Assembly (NCBI GenBank): GCA_035653315.1
Contig: DASRCD010000448.1
Location: forward strand, 1-28,807
Reading direction: 5' to 3'
Source: Candidatus Angelobacter sp.
GTDB taxonomy: Bacteria; Acidobacteriota; Terriglobia; Terriglobales; Acidobacteriaceae
Length of the DNA: 28,807 nucleotides
Shown: piece after piece, positions 1 to 9,668 of the stretch
Layout: each line of letters starts with the position of its first letter
Position numbering within the stretch: position 1 is the stretch's first letter
The notes under the pieces: generated by a model
What the model was told of the DNA's origin: nothing
Seen by the model: only the letters and a program-made list of their open reading frames with translations
The model's database searches: none
Position numbers and translations under genes: made by a program

Positions 1-1896
1 CCGGAATACGGAGCCACTTGCGGCATTTTCCCCGTGGATGAAACCACGCTCAACTATCTGCGTACTACGGGCCGCAGCGCAGACCAGATTGCGCTGGTAG
101 AAACTTACTGCAAGGAACAAGGGCTCTTCCACACGGTGGAAACACAAGATGCGGAGTATTCGCATGTAGTGGAGCTGGACCTGAGCACGGTTGAGCCGAG
201 TGTGGCAGGCCCGCGGCGTCCGCAGGACCGCGTGCCGCTTTCCAAGGCAAAAGATTCTTTTGAGGCGGCCATACCCACATTGATTGGACCGCGTCCGCAA
301 AAAGAAGCGCGCAAAGTTGCGCCAACACAAGTAGAGCGTTTTGAAGGTGAAGGCGGCACGCCGATTGGCATTGCTGAAGACCCAACGCTGCCCGCCGGCA
401 CTAAAGACCTAGGTGAAGACGTGTTCGAGCAACTGCATGATGGCGCGGTGGTAATCGCGGCTATCACGAGTTGTACCAATACCTCTAATCCTTCTGTGAT
501 GATGGCCGCTGGACTGCTTGCAAAAAAGGCCGTGGAAAAAGGACTGAAACGCAAGCCGTGGGTCAAGACTTCTCTTGCTCCTGGCTCACGCGTAGTAACG
601 GAGTATTACCGCAACGCCGGACTTATTCCTTACCTTGAGCAACTGGGTTTTCACATTGTGGGCTATGGCTGCACCACGTGCATCGGCAATTCAGGGCCGC
701 TGCCGCAGGATGTCTCGCACGCTATCAATGAAAAAGAGCTGGTTGCGGTTTCCGTTCTTTCCGGCAATCGCAATTTTGAAGGCCGCATTAACTCTGAGGT
801 GCGCGCCAATTATCTGATGTCGCCGCCGCTGGTAGTGGCTTACGCGCTGGCAGGGCACATCGACACGAACATCACGGATAGTCCTTTAGGTAACGGCAAA
901 GATGGCCAGCCGGTTTACTTGCGTGATATCTGGCCAACGCAGCAGGAAGTGCAGGATACGGTGCGCAAGGCCATCCATTCCGAGATGTTCACCAAAAATT
1001 ACGAAACTATTTTTGAAGGCGACCAGGAGTGGAAAAAGTTGTTTGTCCCTGAAGGCGAGACCTATTTGTGGGATTCTGATTCCACCTACATCAAGCGAGC
1101 GCCTTATTTTGACGACATGCCGGCGAAACCTTCCGGGGTGAAAGACATTACCGGAGCGCGCGTGCTGGCCAAGCTGGGCCATAGCGTAACTACTGACCAC
1201 ATTTCTCCCGCAGGTTCCATCAAGCCCAGCAGCCCTGCAGGAAAATATCTGCAGGAACATGGCGTTCGTCCCGAGGATTTCAACTCCTACGGCTCACGGC
1301 GTGGTAATCATGAGGTGATGGTGCGCGGGACATTTGCGAATGTCCGTCTGCGCAACCAGCTTGCGCCGGGATCAGAAGGCGGCGTGACCCGCCATTTTCC
1401 TGACGGCGAAACCATGTCCATCTTTGACGCCTCAGTTAAATACATTGCAGATAAAGTTCCGCTCATTGTGCTGGCGGGCAAGGAATATGGCTCAGGCTCA
1501 TCGCGTGACTGGGCGGCGAAAGGCCCGTTATTGTTAGGGATTCGCGCGGTCATCGCGGAAAGCTATGAGCGCATCCATCGCTCCAACCTTGTGGGCATGG
1601 GCATATTGCCGCTGCAGTTCCTGGCTGAGGAAAACCCGGAGAGCCTGGGGCTCCAGGGCGATGAAGTTTATGACATTCTGGGTCTTCCGGCATTGCTGGC
1701 AAGTAAATTTGCCAATGGCAAACAAGTCCAGGTAAGGGCTCATTGTGCTGACGGCAGCACCACTGAATTCAGCGCGCTGGTAAGAATCGATACTCCACAG
1801 GAGATTCTGTACTATGAGCATGGCGGAATTCTGCAATATGTACTGCGCCAGTTGCTGGCCAGCAAGCCTGCGCCCGAAGCAGTAAAGGTGGGATAA
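1..1896 (+). CDS. acnA: Aconitate hydratase A, 5'-truncated by the window edge
   Basis: Frame is open from base 1 ([13 protein letters not shown]). It has [11 protein letters not shown] and [12 protein letters not shown] (Fe-S cysteines), [16 protein letters not shown] and the swivel-domain [12 protein letters not shown]. Confidence 0.97.
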   Translation, partial: PEYGATCGIFPVDETTLNYLRTTGRSADQIALVETYCKEQGLFHTVETQDAEYSHVVELDLSTVEPSVAGPRRPQDRVPLSKAKDSFEAAIPTLIGPRPQKEARKVAPTQVERFEGEGGTPIGIAEDPTLPAGTKDLGEDVFEQLHDGAVVIAAITSCTNTSNPSVMMAAGLLAKKAVEKGLKRKPWVKTSLAPGSRVVTEYYRNAGLIPYLEQLGFHIVGYGCTTCIGNSGPLPQDVSHAINEKELVAVSVLSGNRNFEGRINSEVRANYLMSPPLVVAYALAGHIDTNITDSPLGNGKDGQPVYLRDIWPTQQEVQDTVRKAIHSEMFTKNYETIFEGDQEWKKLFVPEGETYLWDSDSTYIKRAPYFDDMPAKPSGVKDITGARVLAKLGHSVTTDHISPAGSIKPSSPAGKYLQEHGVRPEDFNSYGSRRGNHEVMVRGTFANVRLRNQLAPGSEGGVTRHFPDGETMSIFDASVKYIADKVPLIVLAGKEYGSGSSRDWAAKGPLLLGIRAVIAESYERIHRSNLVGMGILPLQFLAEENPESLGLQGDEVYDILGLPALLASKFANGKQVQVRAHCADGSTTEFSALVRIDTPQEILYYEHGGILQYVLRQLLASKPAPEAVKVG

Positions 1897-2052
1897 GCAG
1901 CCTGAATTCGCCAGTGACCAACATGGATAAACGCTGATTTGCATCTGCGATCATGAGCTTTAGTTCCGGCCAATGCTGACGGCTGGCCGAAGATGCTATA
2001 TCCTCACTGGTCAGGTTTTTCCAAATACGAGTTTTTTCAAAAGCACGAACTT

Positions 2053-3330
2053 ATGAAGATCCTGGTTATTGGCGGTGGCGGCAGGGAGCACGCAGTGGTG
2101 TGGAAGCTGCGGCAGTCAGCACGCGTGTCTGAATTGTTTTGCCTGCCCGGAAACGGGGGCATCTGTGAAGAAGCCACGTGCCTGCCCGGCGATCCTAAAA
2201 GCTTGGCCAATGTGCTTTCCGCCGCGCACCAGATCCAGCCCGACATAACGATTGTTGGGCCGGAACTGCCGCTTTCACTGGGCATTGTGGATGAGTTCAC
2301 CCATCGCGGGCTGAAGATTTTTGGTCCCACGCAGAAAGCCGCGCAACTGGAGACGAGCAAGAGCTTTGCCAAAGAGTTCATGCAGCGCCATAACATTCCT
2401 ACGGCGCATTATGCGGTTTGCTCATCAGAAGAAGAATTGCGTAAATCGCTGGGATTGTTCTCCACTCCCGTAGTGGTCAAGGCTGATGGGCTGGCCGCGG
2501 GCAAGGGGGTGGTGATTGCCACAACCAAAGAAGAGGCCGCTGTAGCTGGAGTGGAGATGTTCAGCGGCAAGCTGCTGGGCTCGCCTGTGGCGAATGTGGT
2601 GCTTGAAGAATTTCTGGAAGGCGAGGAAGTGTCTTTTCTGGTCTTGAGCGATGGAGAAAGAGTGGCGGCGCTGGTGCCATCGCAAGACCACAAGCGCATT
2701 GGCGATGGTGATAAAGGAGCGAATACCGGCGGCATGGGCGCATACTCGGCTGAATCGCTCCTGGATAAGGGCATGACGGAATGGCTGCTGAACCATATCG
2801 CGCGGCCAACCATCGCCGGGATGAAGTCAGAAGGCGCAACCTATCGAGGCATCCTGTATTGCGGCTTAATGATGACTGCGCGCGGGCCCATGGTGCTGGA
2901 ATACAACTGCCGCTTTGGGGATCCTGAAACGCAGGCTGTGCTTATGCGGCTGGATAGCGACCTGCTGGACGCAATTGAAGCTTCCATTGAAGGCCGCGTG
3001 AGCGACGGCGAGTTCAAGTGGTCAAAGGACGCTTCCTGCTGCGTGGTGGTGGCTTCCGGCGGATATCCCGGAAGTTTTGTGAGCGGCAAGCAGATTTCCG
3101 GCCTAGACCGAGCCGCGCAATTGAACAACGTAAAAGTATTTCATGCGGGGACTAGCAAGCGCGATGGCATTTTCTATACGAATGGCGGACGCGTGCTTGG
3201 CGTAACGGCCCGCGCGCCAAGGCTGGATGAAGCCATTGCCCGCGCCTATGAAGCTGTAAACATGATCAGTTTTGAAGACATGTACTACCGCAAAGACATT
3301 GGGGCACGCGCCCTACGGTCAAAGAAATGA
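2053..3330 (+). CDS. purD: Phosphoribosylamine--glycine ligase
   Basis: The protein begins MKILVIGGGGREHA and has VVKADGLAAGKGV, DHKRIGDGDKGANTGGMGAYS and EYNCRFGDPE. The start is set at ATG 2053, not the ORF-track 1993. Confidence 0.97.
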   Translation: MKILVIGGGGREHAVVWKLRQSARVSELFCLPGNGGICEEATCLPGDPKSLANVLSAAHQIQPDITIVGPELPLSLGIVDEFTHRGLKIFGPTQKAAQLETSKSFAKEFMQRHNIPTAHYAVCSSEEELRKSLGLFSTPVVVKADGLAAGKGVVIATTKEEAAVAGVEMFSGKLLGSPVANVVLEEFLEGEEVSFLVLSDGERVAALVPSQDHKRIGDGDKGANTGGMGAYSAESLLDKGMTEWLLNHIARPTIAGMKSEGATYRGILYCGLMMTARGPMVLEYNCRFGDPETQAVLMRLDSDLLDAIEASIEGRVSDGEFKWSKDASCCVVVASGGYPGSFVSGKQISGLDRAAQLNNVKVFHAGTSKRDGIFYTNGGRVLGVTARAPRLDEAIARAYEAVNMISFEDMYYRKDIGARALRSKK

Positions 3331-3349
3331 GCGAGCCCTCATGTTTCTA

Positions 3350-3703
3350 ATGGCCACAGAAGAGTTATTGCGGCGCTATAAGGCGGGGCAGCGGGTCTTC
3401 GATGACATAAAACTCCCCGAACAGGGATCACTACGCGGAGCAGAACTGGCAGGCATAATCTTCACGAACTCGTGGGTTTATTGGGTCGATTTGCGTGACG
3501 CGGACCTGCGCGGCGCTTCTTTTATAGACTCAAACGTGAAGATCTCCGATTTTCGTGACGCTGATCTTCGTGGAGCAACTTTTCGCGGATGCGTGGTCTG
3601 CGGTTCGATTTGGAAGGGCGCCAACTTGGATAATGTGGTGGTGGAAGATACCACCTACTATGGCGGGGCAGTGGAAGATATGAAGGATTTGGAAAAACTT
3701 TGA
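3350..3703 (+). CDS. Short pentapeptide-repeat protein
   Basis: The N-terminus MATEELLRRYKAGQRVF is typical of this family. Repeats include LRGAELAG, DLRDADLRGASF, FRDADLRGATF and WKGANLDNV. An alternative start lies at 3341. Confidence 0.8.
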   Translation: MATEELLRRYKAGQRVFDDIKLPEQGSLRGAELAGIIFTNSWVYWVDLRDADLRGASFIDSNVKISDFRDADLRGATFRGCVVCGSIWKGANLDNVVVEDTTYYGGAVEDMKDLEKL

Positions 3704-3728
3704 TCTTTAAAATTGGAGTGAAGAACTA

Positions 3729-4238
3729 ATGGCAGAGAGCCCTCTTGTATCGATTGTAATGGGATCGGATTCCGATCTCGAAATCATGAATGAAGCCGCC
3801 AAAGCGCTGGATGACTTTGGCATTGCCTATGAGATTGACGTAACTTCAGCGCATCGCTCACCAGCGCGGACCTCAGAATATGCGCGCAACGCCGCCGGAC
3901 GCGGGATCAAGGTGATTATCGCCGGAGCGGGTGGAGCGGCGCATCTGGCGGGCGTGATTGCCGCGGAAACAACGCTGCCAGTGATCGGCGTGCCCATTCC
4001 TTCCACCGCGCTCAACGGCATGGATTCATTGCTGGCCATAGTGCAGATGCCGGCGGGTATTCCCGTGGCCACCACTGCCATTGGCAAGCCCGGCGCGACC
4101 AATGCCGGAATTCTGGCAGCGCAGATCATTGGCCTGAGCAATACCACGGTTGGCGGCAAGTTGAAAGAGATGAAGGCCAAGCTGGTGAAGAGCGTGGAAG
4201 AAAAGTCACAGAAGCTGCAACAACTGCGGAAGAGGTAG
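3729..4238 (+). CDS. purE: N5-CAIR mutase / AIR carboxylase PurE
   Basis: Motifs [32 protein letters not shown] and [11 protein letters not shown]. Confidence 0.96.
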   Translation: MAESPLVSIVMGSDSDLEIMNEAAKALDDFGIAYEIDVTSAHRSPARTSEYARNAAGRGIKVIIAGAGGAAHLAGVIAAETTLPVIGVPIPSTALNGMDSLLAIVQMPAGIPVATTAIGKPGATNAGILAAQIIGLSNTTVGGKLKEMKAKLVKSVEEKSQKLQQLRKR

Positions 4239-4329
4239 CTAGTGTGGGCTTGCATCGCTTTTGGCTGGGCGGGGATTCTGGTGAGAATTTCCTGAAGCAG
4301 AATGGCAATGGCGGACAGGATGGGCGCTT

Positions 4330-5070
4330 ATGACAGCTTCCTTTTCCGCCGTGGCCATCATTCCTGCGCGGCTGGCTTCTACACGGCTGCCGCGCAAGGT
4401 GCTGCGTGAGATAGCAGGCAAGCCGATGATTGCGAGAGTCTATGAAGCGGCCAAAAATTCTCCGCTACTCAAAGACGTAATCATCGCCACCGACTCTGAA
4501 GAGGTAATGCAGTTTGCCCAGGCGCAGGGCTGGAAAGCGCAGATGACTTCGTCTGAGCATCGCAGCGGGACGGATCGTGTGTATGAGGTGGCGCAGCGCC
4601 TTGCAGCGGACGTATATGTAAATATCCAGGGCGATGAACCGCTGGCGCGTCCGGAGCACCTGGATGCGCTGCTGAAGCCCATGCAGGACGCCAAAGTCAT
4701 GGTTTCCACCATCATGACGCCATGCCCGGCGCATGACGTGGACAATCCCAATGCGGTGAAGGTGGTAACAGCGCTGGATGGCCGTGCGCTTTATTTTTCA
4801 CGCTCCACGATTCCGTATGATCGCGATAAAAACTCAGCCGTGAAATATTTCAAGCATCTGGGCTTTTATGCCTATCGCCGGGCCGCGCTGGACCGATTCT
4901 GCAATCTTCCGGAATCAAAGCTGGAAGCCGCAGAGCGGCTGGAGCAACTGCGCTTTCTGGATAACGGCATTGACATCTACGTAGCGGAGACGCCGTTCAA
5001 CACCGTTGGCGTGGATACGGAAGAAGATCTGCAGCGCGTGGCCGAGATGGTGCGATCAGCCAAGACGTAG
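4330..5070 (+). CDS. kdsB: 3-deoxy-manno-octulosonate cytidylyltransferase (CMP-Kdo synthetase)
   Basis: Motifs IIPARLASTRLPRK, SGTDR, NIQGDEP, ALYFSR, KHLGFYAYR, ERLEQLRFL and GVDTEEDL. Confidence 0.95.
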   Translation: MTASFSAVAIIPARLASTRLPRKVLREIAGKPMIARVYEAAKNSPLLKDVIIATDSEEVMQFAQAQGWKAQMTSSEHRSGTDRVYEVAQRLAADVYVNIQGDEPLARPEHLDALLKPMQDAKVMVSTIMTPCPAHDVDNPNAVKVVTALDGRALYFSRSTIPYDRDKNSAVKYFKHLGFYAYRRAALDRFCNLPESKLEAAERLEQLRFLDNGIDIYVAETPFNTVGVDTEEDLQRVAEMVRSAKT

Positions 5071-5113
5071 CATGCTACGTCTCTAAGCAAAAGCCATTGG
5101 TTTCTGCCGCAAA

Positions 5114-6268
5114 CTATGTCGCCAGGCTTGGCCGGTGCTTCTTGGCCCAGGCTTCCGCCGCAGCAATGCGCTTGGAAATCGGCGGGTGTGAGTGAAAGAG
5201 CACTTCCACCAGCCGTGAAGGATGGCTTTCACTCAGGTTCTGCTTGCCTAGTTTCTCCATTGCTGTAATGTAAGGCGTAACGTCAGCCACGCACTTCCAG
5301 CAGTAGAGATCGGCTTGGCGCTCCGTGAAGCGCGAATAAGCATTCAAGGCCGGCATCAGGACAAGGGAAAGTCCGCTGGCCACAAGGGCAAGCAGCGGCA
5401 GGTTGGCAAAATCGGCCAGATGCTGGAACATCTTGCGGTCATCAATGGCATAGCGCAGCACCTCATTCGCAGCCCAAAAGCCCGCCAGCGTGACTGCAGC
5501 CTCTACCAGAATATTTTTCAGGATGTGGCCGTGAACGTGGTGGCCCAGTTCGTGGGCCAGAACTGCTTCAATTTCATCGTCACTGTAATTTTGCAGCAGC
5601 GTGTCCGCGACAATAATGCGCCGCGTGTTGCCCAGGCCGGTAAGTGCAGCATTGGCCTTTCTGCTCTTCTCGGAAAGTTTCCATTCATACACGCCGCGAA
5701 TGCGCGTCCCGGCGCGCTCTCCCAGACGGACAAGCCTGGCTTTAAGCTCTTCATTCTGCAATGGAGCAAATTTATAAAACAGCGGAAAAAGCACCACCGG
5801 CGCAACCTGGGCGAAAAAGATAAACAATGCAATGAAGATCACCCAGCCGATGATCCACCAGTATTGCGGCGAAATGCGTATGAACGAATAAACAACTTCT
5901 GCCAGAAATGTTGCGAAGACAAGGCCGAGCACCCAGCCTTTGATGGCGTCTTTGATCCATGAACCAATATGCTGGTTCGACAAGTTGAAGCGGTGCTCCA
6001 GGCGAAAGCTGTAAAAGTCCAGGCCAAAGCTCAAGACCTTGCTGATGACGCTGAGAAACAATACATAGATGAATAAATCCAGCGCGTAATGGTCCCGGCC
6101 AAGGCGCGTAGCCAGGGCGCTCAGGGTATTGGTCCATCCAGTGGCCAGCAGCGCAATAAGGAAGCCAAAGCTCACAACCAGGTCGGCAAGTTCCAGCCAT
6201 CGCTTGGTGCGGTTATAGGCCAGCGTCTCTGGAGTGTCCGGATTTGTATGGGTTTCTGATGTCGTCAT
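5114..6268 (-). CDS. M48 family (Ste24-like) membrane zinc metalloprotease
   Basis: Several TM segments plus NAALTGLG, EAVLAHELGH (HEXXH), ERQAD and SHPP. Confidence 0.92.
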   Translation of the reverse strand: MTTSETHTNPDTPETLAYNRTKRWLELADLVVSFGFLIALLATGWTNTLSALATRLGRDHYALDLFIYVLFLSVISKVLSFGLDFYSFRLEHRFNLSNQHIGSWIKDAIKGWVLGLVFATFLAEVVYSFIRISPQYWWIIGWVIFIALFIFFAQVAPVVLFPLFYKFAPLQNEELKARLVRLGERAGTRIRGVYEWKLSEKSRKANAALTGLGNTRRIIVADTLLQNYSDDEIEAVLAHELGHHVHGHILKNILVEAAVTLAGFWAANEVLRYAIDDRKMFQHLADFANLPLLALVASGLSLVLMPALNAYSRFTERQADLYCWKCVADVTPYITAMEKLGKQNLSESHPSRLVEVLFHSHPPISKRIAAAEAWAKKHRPSLAT

Positions 6269-6990
6269 GGCTTTTCTGCCTTGAATTCCAGCACAACAAA
6301 CTGCTGTGGGTTTGCAGTGTCATTCACCAGCGTTGGCGCTGTTCCTCTGCCCGGTATCCAGTTCACCTGGCCGGATGCCCGCTTGAGCCTGAAAGTCCTG
6401 CTGGGATCTCCTAAATCCACTGCCAAGTCCAGGTCAGAAACCGGAATAAAAAGATGCGGCGCGGAGCGCGCGTGATTTTCCAACCGTCCTCCGGGCGGAA
6501 TCTTGATCAGAATCGCGGTCCATTGATCAGAAGAGATCAAAGGATAGATAGTGGCGCAGGCCGCTTTTTCTGATGCGCATGGCGCAGGCATCTCGCATGC
6601 TTCCGTGCAGGTTTTTACGTTAGTAGAGGGATTCAGCAACTCAATTGTTGTGTTATGAAAGGGCTTGCTGCTGTTATTGATGGCGGCATGCGCAAAGTTC
6701 CCCGGCGTGAAGCGGACCTCACCATCTTTCAGTTTCAGAGAAACAGGTTTTTCGCCGACGCGCGCATTCGTGATGTCTGAGTCGCCCAGAGTGACAAACA
6801 AATAATCATGGCCATGGCGATGCACGAGCGTGGTCGCTTTGGGAGCAACTGTTACATCAAACACACGAACGTATTCATTTTGCAGGACCTGATGATGACT
6901 GGGGTCAGAGGTAATTTCCACGGACTGTTGCTGTTGCGCCAAAGCGGCCGTGGCCAGAAGCACCAGTCCCGCGATACGGGACTTTTGCAT
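6265..6990 (-). CDS. Secreted two-domain cupin-like protein (paralog 1)
   Basis: Signal peptide MQKSRIAGLVLLATAALA. It has NEYVRV, HRHGHDY and FAHAAIN cupin elements and a 4-Cys linker. Its stop overlaps the M48 start (ATGA at 6265-6268). Start is set at ATG 6990. Confidence 0.75.
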   Translation of the reverse strand: MQKSRIAGLVLLATAALAQQQQSVEITSDPSHHQVLQNEYVRVFDVTVAPKATTLVHRHGHDYLFVTLGDSDITNARVGEKPVSLKLKDGEVRFTPGNFAHAAINNSSKPFHNTTIELLNPSTNVKTCTEACEMPAPCASEKAACATIYPLISSDQWTAILIKIPPGGRLENHARSAPHLFIPVSDLDLAVDLGDPSRTFRLKRASGQVNWIPGRGTAPTLVNDTANPQQFVVLEFKAEKP

Positions 6991-7115
6991 AATCATAATT
7001 TTATGAAGAAGAGGCATGCACCCGCAAGCCGGTAAAACCCTGAAAACCGCGGTTACAAAGGTCAATAGACCTGCGGGCGCATCTGTTGCCAGGAACGAAT
7101 CAACTAAGAAGTTGC

Positions 7116-7835
7116 TTATTTTGATGGGCTAAATTCCAGCACCGCGACCTTTGCTGGCGTCTTGCCGGTATTGGTCACGGAATGTGTTTCAGGTTCATGC
7201 CACTTGATATCGCCGGCCTTAGAATGCGCCTTGGATGATTTGCCCTTAACATTCATCGTGACGTCCGAATCCGCGAGTTCCACGGTAAGGTAAGGGCCCG
7301 CATGGGTATGTTCTGCATACTTTGAGCCAACCGGCAGCGTGAAAATAGTGACGGTCCACTGGTCTGAGCTGAAAGCCTTGTTGCCGGTGGCGCACTTGGA
7401 TTTGTCAGCAGAGTCGCACGGAATGGAAACTGCGCATGATTCCGTGCAGGCCTTGGGATTGGTGGTGGGTTGCAGCAGTTCAATGGTAGCGTTACGCACC
7501 GGAGCGCTGCCTGTACCAGCTACCGCATGCACAACCCCGGCGGCTGCAAATTTCACGTCACCATCCTTGAAAGTGGCCGGCGTGGGCTGCCCGCCTTCCT
7601 TGGTATTGGTGCCGGTGGAATCCCCAATGAAAATGCCGAGATAATCGTGCTCATGCTTATGCATCAGCGTTGTGTCGCCGGGATTTACGGAAAATGCAAA
7701 GGCACGCACATATTTGTTGTCCACCACCAGATGATGGTGAGGTTCAGCTGTAATCGCCACAGGCGCTTGTGCTTGCTGCGCCATCGCTGTTAGAGCAAGA
7801 ACTGCCAGAGCAACTACGGTTAAATGTTTTCGCAT
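7116..7835 (-). CDS. Secreted two-domain cupin-like protein (paralog 2)
   Basis: Signal peptide MRKHLTVVALAVLALTAMA. It has NKYVRA, HKHEHDY, VVHAVAG, a second cupin EHTHAGPY..THSVTN and a 4-Cys linker. It is clearly similar to the 6265-6990 product. Confidence 0.78.
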   Translation of the reverse strand: MRKHLTVVALAVLALTAMAQQAQAPVAITAEPHHHLVVDNKYVRAFAFSVNPGDTTLMHKHEHDYLGIFIGDSTGTNTKEGGQPTPATFKDGDVKFAAAGVVHAVAGTGSAPVRNATIELLQPTTNPKACTESCAVSIPCDSADKSKCATGNKAFSSDQWTVTIFTLPVGSKYAEHTHAGPYLTVELADSDVTMNVKGKSSKAHSKAGDIKWHEPETHSVTNTGKTPAKVAVLEFSPSK

Positions 7836-7844
7836 AGGAGAGAC

Positions 7845-7872
7845 ATTCTAGCCATGCAGAGCAGGAATGCAA
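7845..7872 (-). promoter_or_regulatory. Putative sigma70 promoter of the cupin genes
   Basis: TTGCAT-16 nt-TAGAAT on the minus strand, 9 nt upstream of ATG 7835, with no SD sequence. Confidence 0.4.
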
Positions 7873-7941
7873 ATGGAAAGCGCATGAGCACAGCCGGGGT
7901 GGCTGCGGTTCCAAATTTTATTAATTGTATTGTTGTATCGA

Positions 7942-8310
7942 TTAAGGAATTTTAGGCAATCCCTGGCGCAAGTCCCTGCCGATGCGACGCTCATGCCACA
8001 ACCGCAAAGGCCGCGAATAATTGATAATGCCAAACGCGGCGATAGCGGCCATTAACAGTATGCTGCTGATAATGAGAAACACGCGCGCAGCGCCAGTTTG
8101 GGCCATTTGCAGGATCACCAGAGCATTGCGTGGCGTGAGCAGCATGGAGGCGGCAAGCGCCAACATACCTATACCGGCAAGCAGGCCGGTGATATTTTTG
8201 GCCCAGCGGCCAGTGGCGTGGTATTCGGCGAACAGGTTGAATCCGTAAGAGATCAGCCCCGCGATCACGACGAAATTAGCGATGATGGCGATCCAGGTTT
8301 TTGCGTCCAT
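7942..8310 (-). CDS. Small hypothetical membrane protein (about 3 TM helices)
   Basis: The 122-aa ORF has three hydrophobic stretches and a basic C-tail, and fills the gap between flanking genes. Confidence 0.7.
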   Translation of the reverse strand: MDAKTWIAIIANFVVIAGLISYGFNLFAEYHATGRWAKNITGLLAGIGMLALAASMLLTPRNALVILQMAQTGAARVFLIISSILLMAAIAAFGIINYSRPLRLWHERRIGRDLRQGLPKIP

Positions 8311-8389
8311 AACTCTTGGTATGACGCAACCAGAGTAGCTCAGGTTGTGAGGTTAGGTGGCGAAGAGCAAGGGTTAAGGCGCGATTTTA

Positions 8390-8416
8390 AACCGGCCCAG
8401 AGAGCCTGGGCCGGTT
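8390..8416 (-). terminator. Hairpin downstream of the PPIase gene, probable terminator
   Basis: Perfect 11-bp inverted repeat AACCGGCCCAG / CTGGGCCGGTT with a 5-nt loop, 12 nt after the stop at 8429. The U-tract is weak. Confidence 0.55.
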
Positions 8417-8428
8417 CTCAGAAAGGTA

Positions 8429-9571
8429 CTAAAAGATGCCGAACTTTTTCTTCTTTTTGGGCGATTTTCCCGGGCGGCTCACGTTGTCAGTGTTATTGGC
8501 AGCCACAATCACAGGCTTGTTATTCTGCTGGTTCGGGCTCGCGCCGGTATCCACAAAGCCAGACTTAACATCAATAAAAGCATCTTCGCGCAGCTTGGTC
8601 AGGTAAGCACGCGCTGCCGGTTCAAGACGGTCAGAGTAAATGGTCTCGCGAATATGCTCTTCCACGTCTTTCAACGGAGGTATTCCGGCTGCACGATGCC
8701 CGGTAACTTTCAAAATGATGAAGCCTTGCTTGGTCCGAATCACGTCAGTCGTTTCACCTGCTTTGAGCGCAAACGTCTTATCTTCAAGGTCTTTTGCCAG
8801 TTCGCCGCGTTTAAAGTCGCCTAAATTGCCGCCTTGCGCCGCTGTGGGGCCGTCTGAATTTTTCTTTGCCAGATCTTCAAATTTTGCACCTTTGTGAAGC
8901 TGCTCAAGAATCTGTTTTGCCTTTGCTTCAGCTTCAGCAACCTTGGCCGGATCTTCCGGGAGAGGCTGGTCCTGATTTACTTTGTCTTTGTTTTCCACGT
9001 TCTGCTGGGCTGGTTGAGTGGAAATCAGAATTTCACTCAAGCCGATTATTTCCGGTCCATCCAGTTCTTTCTGGTGCTTGTTGTACCAATCCTGAATGTC
9101 TTCATTCGAGATATGGATTTTTGCGCCGACCTCCTGACCAATTACCTGCTGTGTTACCGCGCCGATGCGTATCTGCTCCTTGAAATCCTCATAGGAAACC
9201 CCCTGCTTCTGGGCTTCCTTCTCCAGATCGTCAATGCTGGCCAGCCCCATCTGTTTACGCATTGCGTCCAGGCGCTTCACAACATCAGTTTCACCGGTGA
9301 TTCCAAGCTCCTTGCCCCGTTCCAGCAGAAGCTGCTGGTCGATGAGGTCGCGCAGTACATCTCCCTGTGCTTTGTCCCACTTAGCCTGCCAGTCAGAGGG
9401 GAAGCGCTGCTTGAGTTCTTCGATTGTGGTTTGCTTGGCCTTTTCCACGTCCGACCGGGTAATGATCTGATCGTCAACACGGGCAACAATTTCATCCACA
9501 ATATTGTCAGCGTGGAGCGCAACCACGCCCAAAACACATGCGCAAGCAAGCAGAGATAATTTCTTCAACAT
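8429..9571 (-). CDS. SurA/PrsA-like periplasmic parvulin peptidyl-prolyl isomerase
   Basis: Signal peptide MLKKLSLLACACVLGVVALHA. It has the SurA N-domain EIVARVDDQIITRSD..LRDLIDQQLLL and the rotamase motif FEDLAKKNSDGPTAAQGGNLG..GFIILKV. Start is set at ATG 9571. Confidence 0.9.
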   Translation of the reverse strand: MLKKLSLLACACVLGVVALHADNIVDEIVARVDDQIITRSDVEKAKQTTIEELKQRFPSDWQAKWDKAQGDVLRDLIDQQLLLERGKELGITGETDVVKRLDAMRKQMGLASIDDLEKEAQKQGVSYEDFKEQIRIGAVTQQVIGQEVGAKIHISNEDIQDWYNKHQKELDGPEIIGLSEILISTQPAQQNVENKDKVNQDQPLPEDPAKVAEAEAKAKQILEQLHKGAKFEDLAKKNSDGPTAAQGGNLGDFKRGELAKDLEDKTFALKAGETTDVIRTKQGFIILKVTGHRAAGIPPLKDVEEHIRETIYSDRLEPAARAYLTKLREDAFIDVKSGFVDTGASPNQQNNKPVIVAANNTDNVSRPGKSPKKKKKFGIF

Positions 9572-9614
9572 AACAAAGATGACCTTTTTACGAATAATTG
9601 GGCTATTGATAACT

Positions 9615-9642
9615 ATTCTAGCAGCGCAGAGCGCCGTGGCAA
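9615..9642 (-). promoter_or_regulatory. Putative extended -10 sigma70 promoter of the PPIase gene
   Basis: TTGCCA-16 nt-TAGAAT with the TG extension (TGCTAGAAT) on the minus strand. Confidence 0.5.
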
Positions 9643-9668
9643 TGCTATAAGAACGCTGGAACCGGCGA

